Source: Marispirochaeta sp. (GTDB taxonomy: Bacteria > Spirochaetota > Spirochaetia > JC444 > Marispirochaetaceae). From it: 64,000 bases of DNA. Positions 9,951 to 19,507 of this stretch are shown in pieces (position 1 is the first letter of the stretch; each line of letters begins with the position of its first letter). The DNA lies in NCBI GenBank assembly GCA_963676835.2, contig CAXXFF010000004.1, positions 352,001-416,000 of the forward strand. The letters run 5' to 3'. The notes below the pieces were generated by a model. That model saw only the letters and a list, made by a program, of their open reading frames with translations, was not told where the DNA came from and ran no database searches. The position numbers and the translations under genes were made by a program.

Positions 9951-11180
9951 CTATTTCAGCAGGAAATCGCCGCGGCGGCCGGAGATAAGCGAGTAGAGCA
10001 CTCCAGTCAGATCACCTTCTTCATCGCTGGAAACAGTCTTAACCAGGCCGCCGTTTACAGAAGTGGTATCAGAGAAATACCAGGTGTAGCTGCCGGTTTC
10101 ATCTTCCTGAACAACCACGTAGCAGCCCGGGTAGGAGCCGGCGGGGACTTTCACATCCTCCCTGCGGGCAGACCTGGTGAGGGTCGCAATATAATCTTCA
10201 TCTGCGGCATCACCTTCGGCAAGAACAGCATCGGAAGAACCTTCGTAGTTATACTCTTTAACCACACCTTCCGAATCCCGGTAAAGAATAGTAGTCAGGG
10301 CAAGACCTGCATCGAGCCTGAACTCATAGACAACCTCTTCGGTGTCATCATAGAAGCGCATGCGCCACCAGGTTGAGCCGTCACTCTCTTCTTCCAGCAG
10401 AAGACGCTCTACGTAGAACTGATCCTCACCATCATCATACTGCCATACACTGCCGCTTCCCACTGCATAGCTTTCGGGAGCCCAGAAATAACCGCCGGAG
10501 TAAAATGCAAAAGCCATAAGAGTGTAGAACTGAGTCAGGTATACAGACTCTTCAACTGCGGCAATTGCGGCTGCCCCTTCTTTCCATACCCCGGCCATAC
10601 CGTTCACAACCGGGGTCTTCCCGATACGAAGGCCGATATTCAGGGCAAACCCGCTGTTGTCACCCCAGTCGGTGTAACCGGCACCTACAAAAAGCCTGTT
10701 ATTGAGAAAATAATTTACCCCTGAAGCGACCCGGAGCCGTAAGCCGGGATCCTCATCGACAATATCCATGCCCAGGCCGAGTTTTGCATAAAGGTCAACG
10801 CGGTCGAAGATCTCAGCCCCCGGAATATCCAGCCCCTTAAGGCCGAAGTGCATGGTACCGGAACCAAAGGCACCCATGGAAAGATCATCATGTACAATGG
10901 GCAAACCAAAACGTCCGCCGCCTTCTATACCGAAATCAATAAAGGAGAGCCCCCCGATCTGGGGCTTATAAAGAATAACTTCCAGGGAGGGATAGAGCCC
11001 GAGAGACACAGCGTCCTCGTAGTCGTCAAACTCAATGGCAGCAGAGCCTGTGGGGATAACATTTCCAAGGGCATAATTACTGCCCCAGAGAACCTCATCA
11101 GCAGAATCATCACCGAATGCACTGCCGGTAAAAAACAGCATAATTATTAATAAGCAACACCATATCGTATTCACTTTCAT
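9951..11180 (-). CDS. Exported protein, probable outer-membrane beta-barrel plus acidic C-terminal domain
   Basis: Signal peptide; alternating aromatic/Gly beta-strands in the N-terminal half (GVNYFLNNRLFVGAGY); GGAGG SD. Confidence 0.6.
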   Translation of the reverse strand: MKVNTIWCCLLIIMLFFTGSAFGDDSADEVLWGSNYALGNVIPTGSAAIEFDDYEDAVSLGLYPSLEVILYKPQIGGLSFIDFGIEGGGRFGLPIVHDDLSMGAFGSGTMHFGLKGLDIPGAEIFDRVDLYAKLGLGMDIVDEDPGLRLRVASGVNYFLNNRLFVGAGYTDWGDNSGFALNIGLRIGKTPVVNGMAGVWKEGAAAIAAVEESVYLTQFYTLMAFAFYSGGYFWAPESYAVGSGSVWQYDDGEDQFYVERLLLEEESDGSTWWRMRFYDDTEEVVYEFRLDAGLALTTILYRDSEGVVKEYNYEGSSDAVLAEGDAADEDYIATLTRSARREDVKVPAGSYPGCYVVVQEDETGSYTWYFSDTTSVNGGLVKTVSSDEEGDLTGVLYSLISGRRGDFLLK

Positions 11181-11261
11181 ATAGATACAGCCTCCAGTTT
11201 AAACTGATCTATTCTTTCCTAAATGGGGCGTTACCGGGAGTGTTATTCTTCCAGAATCAGA

Positions 11262-11330
11262 GGATCTTTGGTCATGGAGCAAAAATTACCTAAGTAACGG
11301 TTTATCCATGATTGATATGACTTTGGTAAT
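11262..11330. promoter_or_regulatory. Three imperfect ATGAC-N4-GTCAT palindromes (candidate NarL/LuxR-family regulator sites)
   Basis: GGATC-TTTG-GTCAT 11262-11275, ATTAC-CTAA-GTAAC 11285-11298 and ATGAC-TTTG-GTAAT 11317-11330 in the divergent intergenic region. Confidence 0.55.
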
Positions 11331-11351
11331 GGTGCATAATTGCACAAGTCC

Positions 11352-12233
11352 ATGGAGTACAGTTACACCTTTGCAAACTTTTTTCACATCCTGTTGTGTA
11401 CCGCAGGACTGGCCGTAATAATTCCTCTTTGCATTCTTGCACCTTTAAGTACACATAATCCCCGGCTGCGTCGTATTGCTTTGGCTGCTGCGGTTACCGG
11501 AACTACTGCTCTGGCGCTGCATACTGTCTGCCCCTGGGTTTTTTTCAGGGAAATGCTGTTTCCCTTTCAGCTCCTTTTCATCCCTTCCGGCCTCTATCTT
11601 GCCTACACCCTGAGCCGCTCCTACCGGAATAGAAAAATAGAGGATTACAGCAGCTGGATAATCGATACTCTCAGAGAAAAAATCATCATTTTCGATAAGG
11701 ATATGCGCACCATAAGCTGCGGAAAAACCGGCCTTCCGGCACAGTGGTTTCCCTACGGCAGCCGCCCGGAACTGCCGGAGACTGACTCAGATACAGACTT
11801 TTCCCTTTTAGCAGCGCTGATGAAAAAACCTGTTAAAAGCTCCGGGTCCTTCTCCTGGAGAGGGACAGACCTCTCCTACCGGCTTATCCCCATTGAGAAG
11901 GGATACCTGCTGATTCTGCTGGATATTTCCGAAGAAACCACTCTTCTCAAAGAGCTGCGCATGAAAAATATTCAGCTGGAAAACAGCCGGCGCTCAATTG
12001 AGCAGCTGGAAGAAAAACGGCTGAAAGAGGAACAGGAGCAGTACAGAAACAGGGTATCTTCACGGATAAACAGAACAGTAAGTGAAAACCTTGTGGCCCT
12101 GCTGGCAGATATCGAAACCGTCGCTGCCTCGGGCAACAATCCTGAGAAAGATAAAATTCATACCATGCTCAAGCATGCCGAGGAGAGTATGTCCTCCATC
12201 CGCAGCATGGTCCGTCGACTGGCGTCGGAATAA
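11352..12233 (+). CDS. Membrane protein with PAS-like region and degenerate HisKA_3-like helices, no ATPase domain (pseudo-kinase)
   Basis: About 3 TM helices, coiled coil, RNRVSSRINRTV in place of RxRIARELHD; ends IRSMVRRL with no HATPase. Confidence 0.65.
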   Translation: MEYSYTFANFFHILLCTAGLAVIIPLCILAPLSTHNPRLRRIALAAAVTGTTALALHTVCPWVFFREMLFPFQLLFIPSGLYLAYTLSRSYRNRKIEDYSSWIIDTLREKIIIFDKDMRTISCGKTGLPAQWFPYGSRPELPETDSDTDFSLLAALMKKPVKSSGSFSWRGTDLSYRLIPIEKGYLLILLDISEETTLLKELRMKNIQLENSRRSIEQLEEKRLKEEQEQYRNRVSSRINRTVSENLVALLADIETVAASGNNPEKDKIHTMLKHAEESMSSIRSMVRRLASE

Positions 12234-12244
12234 GGAACCTCTGA

Positions 12245-12892
12245 ATGAGTTATACAATCATCCTGGCAGAAGACCAGAAGCTGATCCGTGATTCCCTGGA
12301 AATACTCCTGAATAAAGATCATCTTCTGCATGTAGCAGCAACGGCCTCTGACGGAAAACAGGCAATTGAACTCTTTGACCGGCACAATCCCGACCTGATG
12401 GTGCTGGATATCAAGATGCCGGAAATGAACGGTCTTGAGGCAGCACGCCGGCTGAAGGAAAAGAAGAAGGATCTGAAGCTTGTACTGCTTACCACCTTTG
12501 AAGAAGAGGCCGCATTCAGAGAAGCCCTGCAGATTGGTGTGCATGGAATTTTTCTGAAGGATATCGACCCTGAGCTTTTTGTTATTTCCCTGAAAGCGAT
12601 TATGGGCGGACTTCTGGTGTTTCATCCTGCGGTGGAGGAGTTTCTCAAGCAACCGATGAAAAATCATTCCGCCCCGGATATTTCGGGCTTCGGATTAACC
12701 GACAAAGATATGGATGTAATACGGCTTATTGCGGAAGGCTGCAGCAACAAACAGATTGCCGCCACTGAAGGCTGTTCCGAAGGAACAATTAAAAACCGGG
12801 TCAGCTCTGTTCTGGGCAAAATGGGGCTTCAGGACCGTACACAGATAGCCGTATATGCTATAAAACACAACCTTCTGTCTGAACTTGACTGA
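12245..12892 (+). CDS. NarL/LuxR-family response regulator
   Basis: LAEDQ, VLDIKMP receiver; LT..D..VIRLIAEG.SNKQIA...SEGTIKNRVS HTH. Confidence 0.95.
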   Translation: MSYTIILAEDQKLIRDSLEILLNKDHLLHVAATASDGKQAIELFDRHNPDLMVLDIKMPEMNGLEAARRLKEKKKDLKLVLLTTFEEEAAFREALQIGVHGIFLKDIDPELFVISLKAIMGGLLVFHPAVEEFLKQPMKNHSAPDISGFGLTDKDMDVIRLIAEGCSNKQIAATEGCSEGTIKNRVSSVLGKMGLQDRTQIAVYAIKHNLLSELD

Positions 12893-12900
12893 TAAACCCT

Positions 12901-14514
12901 ATGGTGCCCTATCTTTCCCGTCTGATTTTCACCATTGAAGTCTGGCACTTTATTGCTCTTATTCTCATCCTTACTGTAAATACCCTGCTCTACCGATATG
13001 CGGAAAAATCTGTACTGCTCTACCGGTATCTGGCCCTGCAGACAGCACTCCTTGTATGGGTGGTCAGCAAAATTCTCAAGACAGTCTCCCCCGACATAAC
13101 CCTGCGATGGAGCTTTATTGTGACCCAGTATATGGGCATAAGCGCCCTGGGTCCGCTGTTCTTCTCCTTCGCCTGGCAGTATATCTTCAGACGCTCCCCT
13201 CCGGCGGTGCTGAAATACCTGCTTATCCTCTTTTCCCTCTCATTTTCTCTGGCCGTACTGACCAATCCGCTGCACTACTTGTTCTACGCAACCTTTGCCT
13301 TTCATGGAGACAGCTTCGGCCCGTTATTCTATCTTTTTCAGGGAGTTTCCTACGCCCTTACAATTTCGGGCATTCTTCTGATAAGTGCCGCCATACTCTA
13401 CCGGCGAAGAACCCTCTGGGATATATTGATAATCGCAGCGGCCCTGCTTCCCCTGGGAGGAAACATCGCCTATATATTCGATCTCATGGAAACCATGTTC
13501 GACTACACTCCTCTGTTTATGACAGGGTCTCTCTTCTTTTTCGGTCTTGCGGTCTTCCGCTCCTACTTTCTGGGGATTGTTCCCGTTGCCAGAAGCATCC
13601 TGCTCACCCACCTTACGGACCCCATCATTCTCACAAACCGCAAAGGAAGGATCCTGGGGCAGACAGGTATTTCCGGCCATGTTGAAGTCCGCAGTAGAAT
13701 CACCAGGAACAACAGGAAATTCAAGCTCTACCATTCAAGAAAAACCCTCCAGGGAACCCTGCATCACTATATCGATATTACCAACATGGAGGAGCTGCAG
13801 ACAAATCTGGCGAAACAGAACAGCAACTTAAGCGAATCTTTGAAAATACTGAAGTCCCGCTACAATGAGGAAGCTGTCCGAATACGGAGGGATATAATCC
13901 GCCATTCCCGGCGGGAACTTCACGATATACTCGGCCATTCCCTGACACAGGTAATCTACCTGCTGCGCCGGATTCTTGAGAACGATAGCGGAAAGCCCCA
14001 GCTGATTCCCCAGCTCGAACAATGCGGAAGCCTGATAATCCGCTCCATCGATGAACTGAAAAACACCCTCAAGGGAAAGGTACGAAACCTCAGCATTCTC
14101 TCCATTGCCCTAAGAGAAACAGTGGATAACTTTATTCTGGAACAAACCCGTATCGAACTGACTGTCCGGGGCAGAGAGCGCTCCCTTACACCGGAGATAG
14201 TCGCTTCCCTGCTCCGCTGCTGTCAGGAGGGGATTACCAATGCGGTAAAACACGGTCAGGCCTCCCGTATTGATATTGCCCTTCTTTATGGAGAAGAAAA
14301 AATTGCCCTGATAATTGCCGATAACGGCAAAGGGTTTAATCACAAAAACAGGGGCAGCGGCCTGTCACTTATGCAGACTTCAGTGGAGCAGAATGACGGG
14401 GTACTGCGCATCTGGAGTGCCGTCGATGACGGCTGCCAGATCACCATACGCCTGCCCTATCCGGCCACTGCTGCGACCGCCCCCTCATCCCTGCCGGAAC
14501 CCGCGATGACTTAA
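12901..14514 (+). CDS. 7TM sensor histidine kinase (HisKA_7TM + HisKA_3 + HATPase)
   Basis: About 7 TM helices; RRELHDILGHSL; QEGITNAVKHG; DNGKGF; GSGL. Confidence 0.9.
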   Translation: MVPYLSRLIFTIEVWHFIALILILTVNTLLYRYAEKSVLLYRYLALQTALLVWVVSKILKTVSPDITLRWSFIVTQYMGISALGPLFFSFAWQYIFRRSPPAVLKYLLILFSLSFSLAVLTNPLHYLFYATFAFHGDSFGPLFYLFQGVSYALTISGILLISAAILYRRRTLWDILIIAAALLPLGGNIAYIFDLMETMFDYTPLFMTGSLFFFGLAVFRSYFLGIVPVARSILLTHLTDPIILTNRKGRILGQTGISGHVEVRSRITRNNRKFKLYHSRKTLQGTLHHYIDITNMEELQTNLAKQNSNLSESLKILKSRYNEEAVRIRRDIIRHSRRELHDILGHSLTQVIYLLRRILENDSGKPQLIPQLEQCGSLIIRSIDELKNTLKGKVRNLSILSIALRETVDNFILEQTRIELTVRGRERSLTPEIVASLLRCCQEGITNAVKHGQASRIDIALLYGEEKIALIIADNGKGFNHKNRGSGLSLMQTSVEQNDGVLRIWSAVDDGCQITIRLPYPATAATAPSSLPEPAMT

Positions 14515-14603
14515 CAATCGATGTACCGCCCTTAGCTCCATTTCTTGACCGTTGAACAAAGGTTTGAGACAGGGTAGACTGATTTTCCCGTAAATTCCCC
14601 ATA

Positions 14604-15632
14604 ATGGAGGAACAGATGATTACATCAGAAGAACTTTTCAGTAAGCTCCAGAAGGTCCGCTTTGCTGCTGCCGGAGATGATGAACTGAGAAAACATATAG
14701 AATCCTCAATGCGTACCATTGAAGAGATAGAAGAACTGAAGCGGAAAAAGAATGCGGTGGTTCTGGCCCACTCCTACGTAACTCCGGACATAATCTATTC
14801 TGTAGCAGACTACTCCGGCGACTCATATGAGCTATCCAAAAACGCCCTGGAGGCAGACGGCGAACTGATTGTTTTTGCCGCTGTACGCTTTATGGGCGAA
14901 ACCGCCAAAATCCTGAATCCGCAAAAAGACGTTCTGGTTCCCGGAACCGATGCAGGCTGTTCACTGGCAGACAGTATTACCGGCGAGGATGTACGCAAAC
15001 TCAAGAAGGAGTTCCCCGATTACGCTTTCGTATGCTACATCAACACCACCGCCGATGTAAAAGCCGAGTGCGATGTCAGTGTTACCAGTTCAAACGTTTA
15101 CAAGATTATCGAAAACTACCCATCCGACAAGATTTACTTCCTTCCCGACCGTCTCATGGGGGGAAATATCATTACAGAAATGAAACGCCGGGGAGTAAAG
15201 AAGGAGATACGGCTCTGGGACGGAACCTGCTATGTCCACGAAGCCTTTGATCCCGGTATGATTGATCAGTTCCGGGAAGCACACTCCGATCTTTACGTTA
15301 TGGCACACCCGGAATGCAAGCCCGAAGTAACCGAAAAATGCGACTATGTGGGCTCCACCAGCCAGATGTTCAAGGTAATCCCCGAGGTTAAAACCGACAA
15401 GATCATGCTGCTTTCAGAATGCGGGCTCATAAGCCGCATAGAGGTTGAACTTCCGGGCAAGCAGTTTCTGGGCACCTGCCAGATGTGCAAGTACATGAAA
15501 TCCAATACCCTGGAGAATATCCTGCGGGTTTTGAAAAATCCTGAACCTGCAGATTATGTACAGCTTGATGAAGATATCATAAAGCGTTCCATGCGCAGCC
15601 TGGAGAACATGTTCAAGTACGCGGAGATGTAA
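14604..15632 (+). CDS. nadA: Quinolinate synthase
   Basis: VLAHSY, RFMGETAKILNP, AGCSLAD, YINTTA, CYVH, AHPEC, CKYMK. Confidence 0.95.
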   Translation: MEEQMITSEELFSKLQKVRFAAAGDDELRKHIESSMRTIEEIEELKRKKNAVVLAHSYVTPDIIYSVADYSGDSYELSKNALEADGELIVFAAVRFMGETAKILNPQKDVLVPGTDAGCSLADSITGEDVRKLKKEFPDYAFVCYINTTADVKAECDVSVTSSNVYKIIENYPSDKIYFLPDRLMGGNIITEMKRRGVKKEIRLWDGTCYVHEAFDPGMIDQFREAHSDLYVMAHPECKPEVTEKCDYVGSTSQMFKVIPEVKTDKIMLLSECGLISRIEVELPGKQFLGTCQMCKYMKSNTLENILRVLKNPEPADYVQLDEDIIKRSMRSLENMFKYAEM

Positions 15633-16740
15633 CCGCCGGTTCCAGCCGGTAGACTCCGCCGCTTGAAGAATCCGTAAGCAGATACAATTCCCCATCAGGC
15701 CCCTGACGGACATCACGTATACGCCCGATACGTCCCTTAAGCAGAACCTCTTCACCGGTAATAAGACCCGAGTCGTCCCGCTTAACCCTGCGCAGATGCT
15801 GTCCGGCAAGAGCACCGACAAAAAGATCACCCTTCCACCCGGGGAAAAGAGTGCCGGAATATACTGCCATTCCTGAAGGTGCAATGGAAGGATCCCAGTA
15901 CAGCAGCGGTTGTTCCATCCCGGGGGCGGCAGTACCCCGGCCGATCTTCGAACCGTTATAATCTGTACCATAGGTAATCTCCGGCCATCCGTAATTTCTG
16001 CCGGGACGGATGAGATTTATTTCATCCCCACCTTTGGCTCCGTGCTCATGAGCCCAGATTTCTGCCGTAACAGGATCAAAGACCATTCCCTGGGGATTTC
16101 GGTGACCGAAGGAATAAACCCTGTCACCGAAGGGGTTATCCTCAGGAACTGTGCCGTCATCCCGGATACGTATAATGGAGCCGGCCTCATCGAAGCGATT
16201 CTGCGCCCGGTGCATTTCTCCCCGCTCACCAAGGGTAATATACAAATATCCCTCATTATCAAATGCCAGCCGGCTTCCGAAATGTCTGGTGGTGCTTCCG
16301 CCCCGGTTGGCGGTAAAAACAGGCTCAACCCCGGCAAGACGGTTTCCTTCAATCCGGCCCCGGCTTACGGCAGTAGCGTTTCCCGTGTTTGTAGATACTA
16401 CATGGCTCAGGTAGATCCACCGGTTCTCTGCATAATCCGGATGCAGCACAATATCCAGCAGGCCGCCCTGTCCGCCGGCCTGTATATCCGGCAGGCCGTC
16501 AACCTCTTCACGACCGCTGCCGTCTGCCTCAAACAGCCAGAGACGTCCGGATCTCTGGCTTACCAGAAAGCTGCCATCGGGAAGAAAAGCGATGCTCCAG
16601 GGATTGGCGATTCCACCGGCAATCTGAACCAGGCTGAAATCAGCATCCTCTGATTCTATCCCCGCATCAATGACGGACATTTCTGCAGTAAGGGTCTGTA
16701 CAAAAAACAGAAGCACCATGAGTTTTATATATCTGTTCAT
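15613..16740 (-). CDS. PQQ-dependent sugar dehydrogenase (glucose/sorbosone dehydrogenase family)
   Basis: PWSIAFLPDG, GQGGLLD, HFGSRLAF, GHRNPQG, EHG..GGDEIN, GRIRDV; start moved to ATG 16740. Confidence 0.9.
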   Translation of the reverse strand: MNRYIKLMVLLFFVQTLTAEMSVIDAGIESEDADFSLVQIAGGIANPWSIAFLPDGSFLVSQRSGRLWLFEADGSGREEVDGLPDIQAGGQGGLLDIVLHPDYAENRWIYLSHVVSTNTGNATAVSRGRIEGNRLAGVEPVFTANRGGSTTRHFGSRLAFDNEGYLYITLGERGEMHRAQNRFDEAGSIIRIRDDGTVPEDNPFGDRVYSFGHRNPQGMVFDPVTAEIWAHEHGAKGGDEINLIRPGRNYGWPEITYGTDYNGSKIGRGTAAPGMEQPLLYWDPSIAPSGMAVYSGTLFPGWKGDLFVGALAGQHLRRVKRDDSGLITGEEVLLKGRIGRIRDVRQGPDGELYLLTDSSSGGVYRLEPAVTSPRT

Positions 16741-16779
16741 ATAGAGAAGATAGCTATTTATGACTTTTTTTGTCAAATT

Positions 16780-17391
16780 TCAGTAGGCGTTGCCGAGAAG
16801 ATCAATATCTCCTTCCGGCCATTCTGCTGCGGCAGGATAAATCATTACAACATCATCCCAGAACACTGAGCGCTTGAGTTCTTCCGGAGTCAGATCTGTT
16901 CCGGCAAGGGAGTTGACAAAACGGTTTTCCACCCGGCGGCAGCCAAGCTTTTCATAGAAAGGCTGAACCCGGAAGCTGGTCTGAAAAAGGCAGATATCAT
17001 AGGCGTTCCGGTCAACATTATTACCGGCAAAAGAGAAGGCTGCTTCAACAACCCTTCGTCCCAGGCGTTTACCCCGCAGGGCGGGATCAACACAGACCCC
17101 ACCCAGGGCCATTACCGTCATATCACCGGAGGCGGTCCGTATGGTTCTGGGAAAAATCATGCATTGGGCGGCATGGGCTGATTCCGACTCAAGCACCACA
17201 TAGCCGCAAGGCTTTCCCGCGGTATCAAGAAGAGACATGGTATCCAGCCGTTTCCGGTAATATGACCCATCCCGATTGGGCCAGACCTTAAGCCACAGCG
17301 CAATCAACCGGTCTGCAGCCTCCCCGGGGACTGCAGCGGCATCGATAAACAGTGCCTCACCGCCGACATTACCATTCATACGTTCTACCAC
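16780..17391 (-). CDS. GNAT-family N-acetyltransferase
   Basis: LGGVCVDPALRGKRLG acetyl-CoA motif, FYEKLG; start overlaps the speA stop (alternative start 17379). Confidence 0.85.
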   Translation of the reverse strand: MVERMNGNVGGEALFIDAAAVPGEAADRLIALWLKVWPNRDGSYYRKRLDTMSLLDTAGKPCGYVVLESESAHAAQCMIFPRTIRTASGDMTVMALGGVCVDPALRGKRLGRRVVEAAFSFAGNNVDRNAYDICLFQTSFRVQPFYEKLGCRRVENRFVNSLAGTDLTPEELKRSVFWDDVVMIYPAAAEWPEGDIDLLGNAY

Positions 17392-19349
17392 TCATAATAG
17401 GTATAGCCCCTCAAGCCTGCCTCGTAGGCGTCCACAATTTCCCGCCGCTCCGCAGGGGAGAGAAGCCGGCAGCGGACAGCCCGCTCCGCAAGGCTGCGGA
17501 AGCCGCGGATAAGCTCGTTGGGATCGTATTCCACATAGGAGAGAACATCCGCCACAGAGTCACCCTTGGTCTCATGGTCATACACCAGAGCCCCTTCTTC
17601 ATCCAGCCGGATATTTACAATATTGGTATCGCCGAAAAGATTGTGCAGGTCTCCCAGGGTCTCCTGATAGGCCCCGACCAGAAAAACTCCAACCAGGTAT
17701 TCCTCACTGTTTTTCAGTCTGTGAAGGGGAACCGACTTGCGGACCCCCTGACGGTCGATAAAGTTATCTATCTTTCCGTCGGAATCACAGGTAATGTCCG
17801 CCAGCACCGCCTGATGTTTAGGCTCTTCCTTCAGGCGATGGATGGGCATTATGGGAAACAGCTGATCAATGGCCCAGGAATCGGGGAGGGACTGAAAAAT
17901 ACTGAAATTGCCATAATAGGTATCGTGGATAACACTCTCTATACCCGCAAGATCTTCGGGAATATAGTCCATCTCCTTGGATACCTCCACCACCTGATTG
18001 ATAATGCTCCAGAAGATCTTTTCCGCGAGACTCTTTTCCCGCAAAGATATTGAACGGTGAATAAAAAGACTGTGAATTTCATCGCGGTAGTAGAGGGCAT
18101 CGTTAAAGGCTTCCTGGGCGTTATCCACGGTGATATTACGTCCGGATTCCATCAGGTTCTTCAGATAGGTATGAGAATCCTCAGGCAGACTCAGGGGCAG
18201 ATCATCGTGGGAAGCCTTGTTGATATCGAGAATATTGAAGACCAGCACAGAAGAGTAGGCAACGGTAGCCCTGCCTGATTCGGAGACAATAATGGGATGC
18301 TCCACCTCCTCCTCATCGAGAACGGACTTTATGATCTCTACAACATCAAAGCAGAACTCTTCAATGGTATAGTTTTTACTGGAAGCGAAATTGGTTTTTG
18401 ATCCGTCATAATCGACAGCAAGGCCGCCGCCGATATCCAGAATCCCCATTTTTGCCCCTTCCCGCTTCAGTTCCGCGTAATAACGGCAGGCTTCAGTCAG
18501 GGCGCCCCGGATGTTGCGGATATTGGGCATCTGGGATCCCTGGTGATAATGAAGAAGTTCGAGACAATCCAGCATACCCCGGTCCCGCAGAAGATCAACA
18601 CAGTCGGTTATCTGCATGGCCGTAAGGCCGAAAATACTCTTGTCTCCCCCCGACTCCGTCCAGTGCCCCTCATACTTGGCAGTCAGCTTGATCCGCAGAC
18701 CGATGGAGGGCGAAACCTTAATCTCCTCTGCACGCTTAAGCACCAGTTCAAGCTCCCCCGGACGCTCAACAACAATAATAACCTTGATCCCAAGCTTGTT
18801 GCCGAAAAGAGCAAGATCGATAAATTCTTCATCCTTGTAGCCGTTACAGACAATATAGCTCTGGGGATCATGCATATATCCCAGGGCCGCAATCAGCTCA
18901 GCCTTGCTGCCGGCTTCAAGTCCGTGATGATATTTCTGACCTGTACGGCAGATCTCCCGGATAACTTCCTGCTGCTGATTGACTTTAACCGGAAAAACAC
19001 CTCTGTAGTCGCCATTATAGCTATACTCAGCTATGGCTTTACGGAAACTCTCATTTAAAAGCTCAATCCGGGCATCGAGAATATCTGCAAAACGGAAGAG
19101 AACCGGCATACTCAGGCCCCGTTCCTGGGCGCCCAATGCTGCAGAGTAGAGACTTACATGGCTCCACTCCTCATCATTTGCCTCAGTATCACCTTTTTCC
19201 CCTTTCCCCTTCTCTCCAAGGCGCAGCTGTACCGTTACTTCACCGTCATTATTGACGCCAAAATAGCGGTTACCCCAGTAGTCAATTCCGTAGAGTTCCC
19301 GGGAATCGTCAAGGGTCCAGGATCCGTTCAATCTGCTTCTCTTTTCCAA
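17385..19349 (-). CDS. speA: Biosynthetic arginine decarboxylase
   Basis: FPVKVNQ PLP lysine, EAGSKAEL, DIGGGLAVDYDG, SESGRA, DITCDSDG, GAYQETLGDLHNLFG. Confidence 0.95.
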   Translation of the reverse strand: MEKRSRLNGSWTLDDSRELYGIDYWGNRYFGVNNDGEVTVQLRLGEKGKGEKGDTEANDEEWSHVSLYSAALGAQERGLSMPVLFRFADILDARIELLNESFRKAIAEYSYNGDYRGVFPVKVNQQQEVIREICRTGQKYHHGLEAGSKAELIAALGYMHDPQSYIVCNGYKDEEFIDLALFGNKLGIKVIIVVERPGELELVLKRAEEIKVSPSIGLRIKLTAKYEGHWTESGGDKSIFGLTAMQITDCVDLLRDRGMLDCLELLHYHQGSQMPNIRNIRGALTEACRYYAELKREGAKMGILDIGGGLAVDYDGSKTNFASSKNYTIEEFCFDVVEIIKSVLDEEEVEHPIIVSESGRATVAYSSVLVFNILDINKASHDDLPLSLPEDSHTYLKNLMESGRNITVDNAQEAFNDALYYRDEIHSLFIHRSISLREKSLAEKIFWSIINQVVEVSKEMDYIPEDLAGIESVIHDTYYGNFSIFQSLPDSWAIDQLFPIMPIHRLKEEPKHQAVLADITCDSDGKIDNFIDRQGVRKSVPLHRLKNSEEYLVGVFLVGAYQETLGDLHNLFGDTNIVNIRLDEEGALVYDHETKGDSVADVLSYVEYDPNELIRGFRSLAERAVRCRLLSPAERREIVDAYEAGLRGYTYYEW

Positions 19350-19507
19350 TTATCAACCTCATTTGCCCTAGGGGCTGACAAAAAGCGTAACTCTCCAAAG
19401 GCATCCGGGTCAAGCAGAAACAATATAGAATCAGTGTAGAATCAATAGGCAGGAATATGGTTTTAGAGCTGATTTTTTTCCACTGATGATTTATACTAGG
19501 CAGCTGA

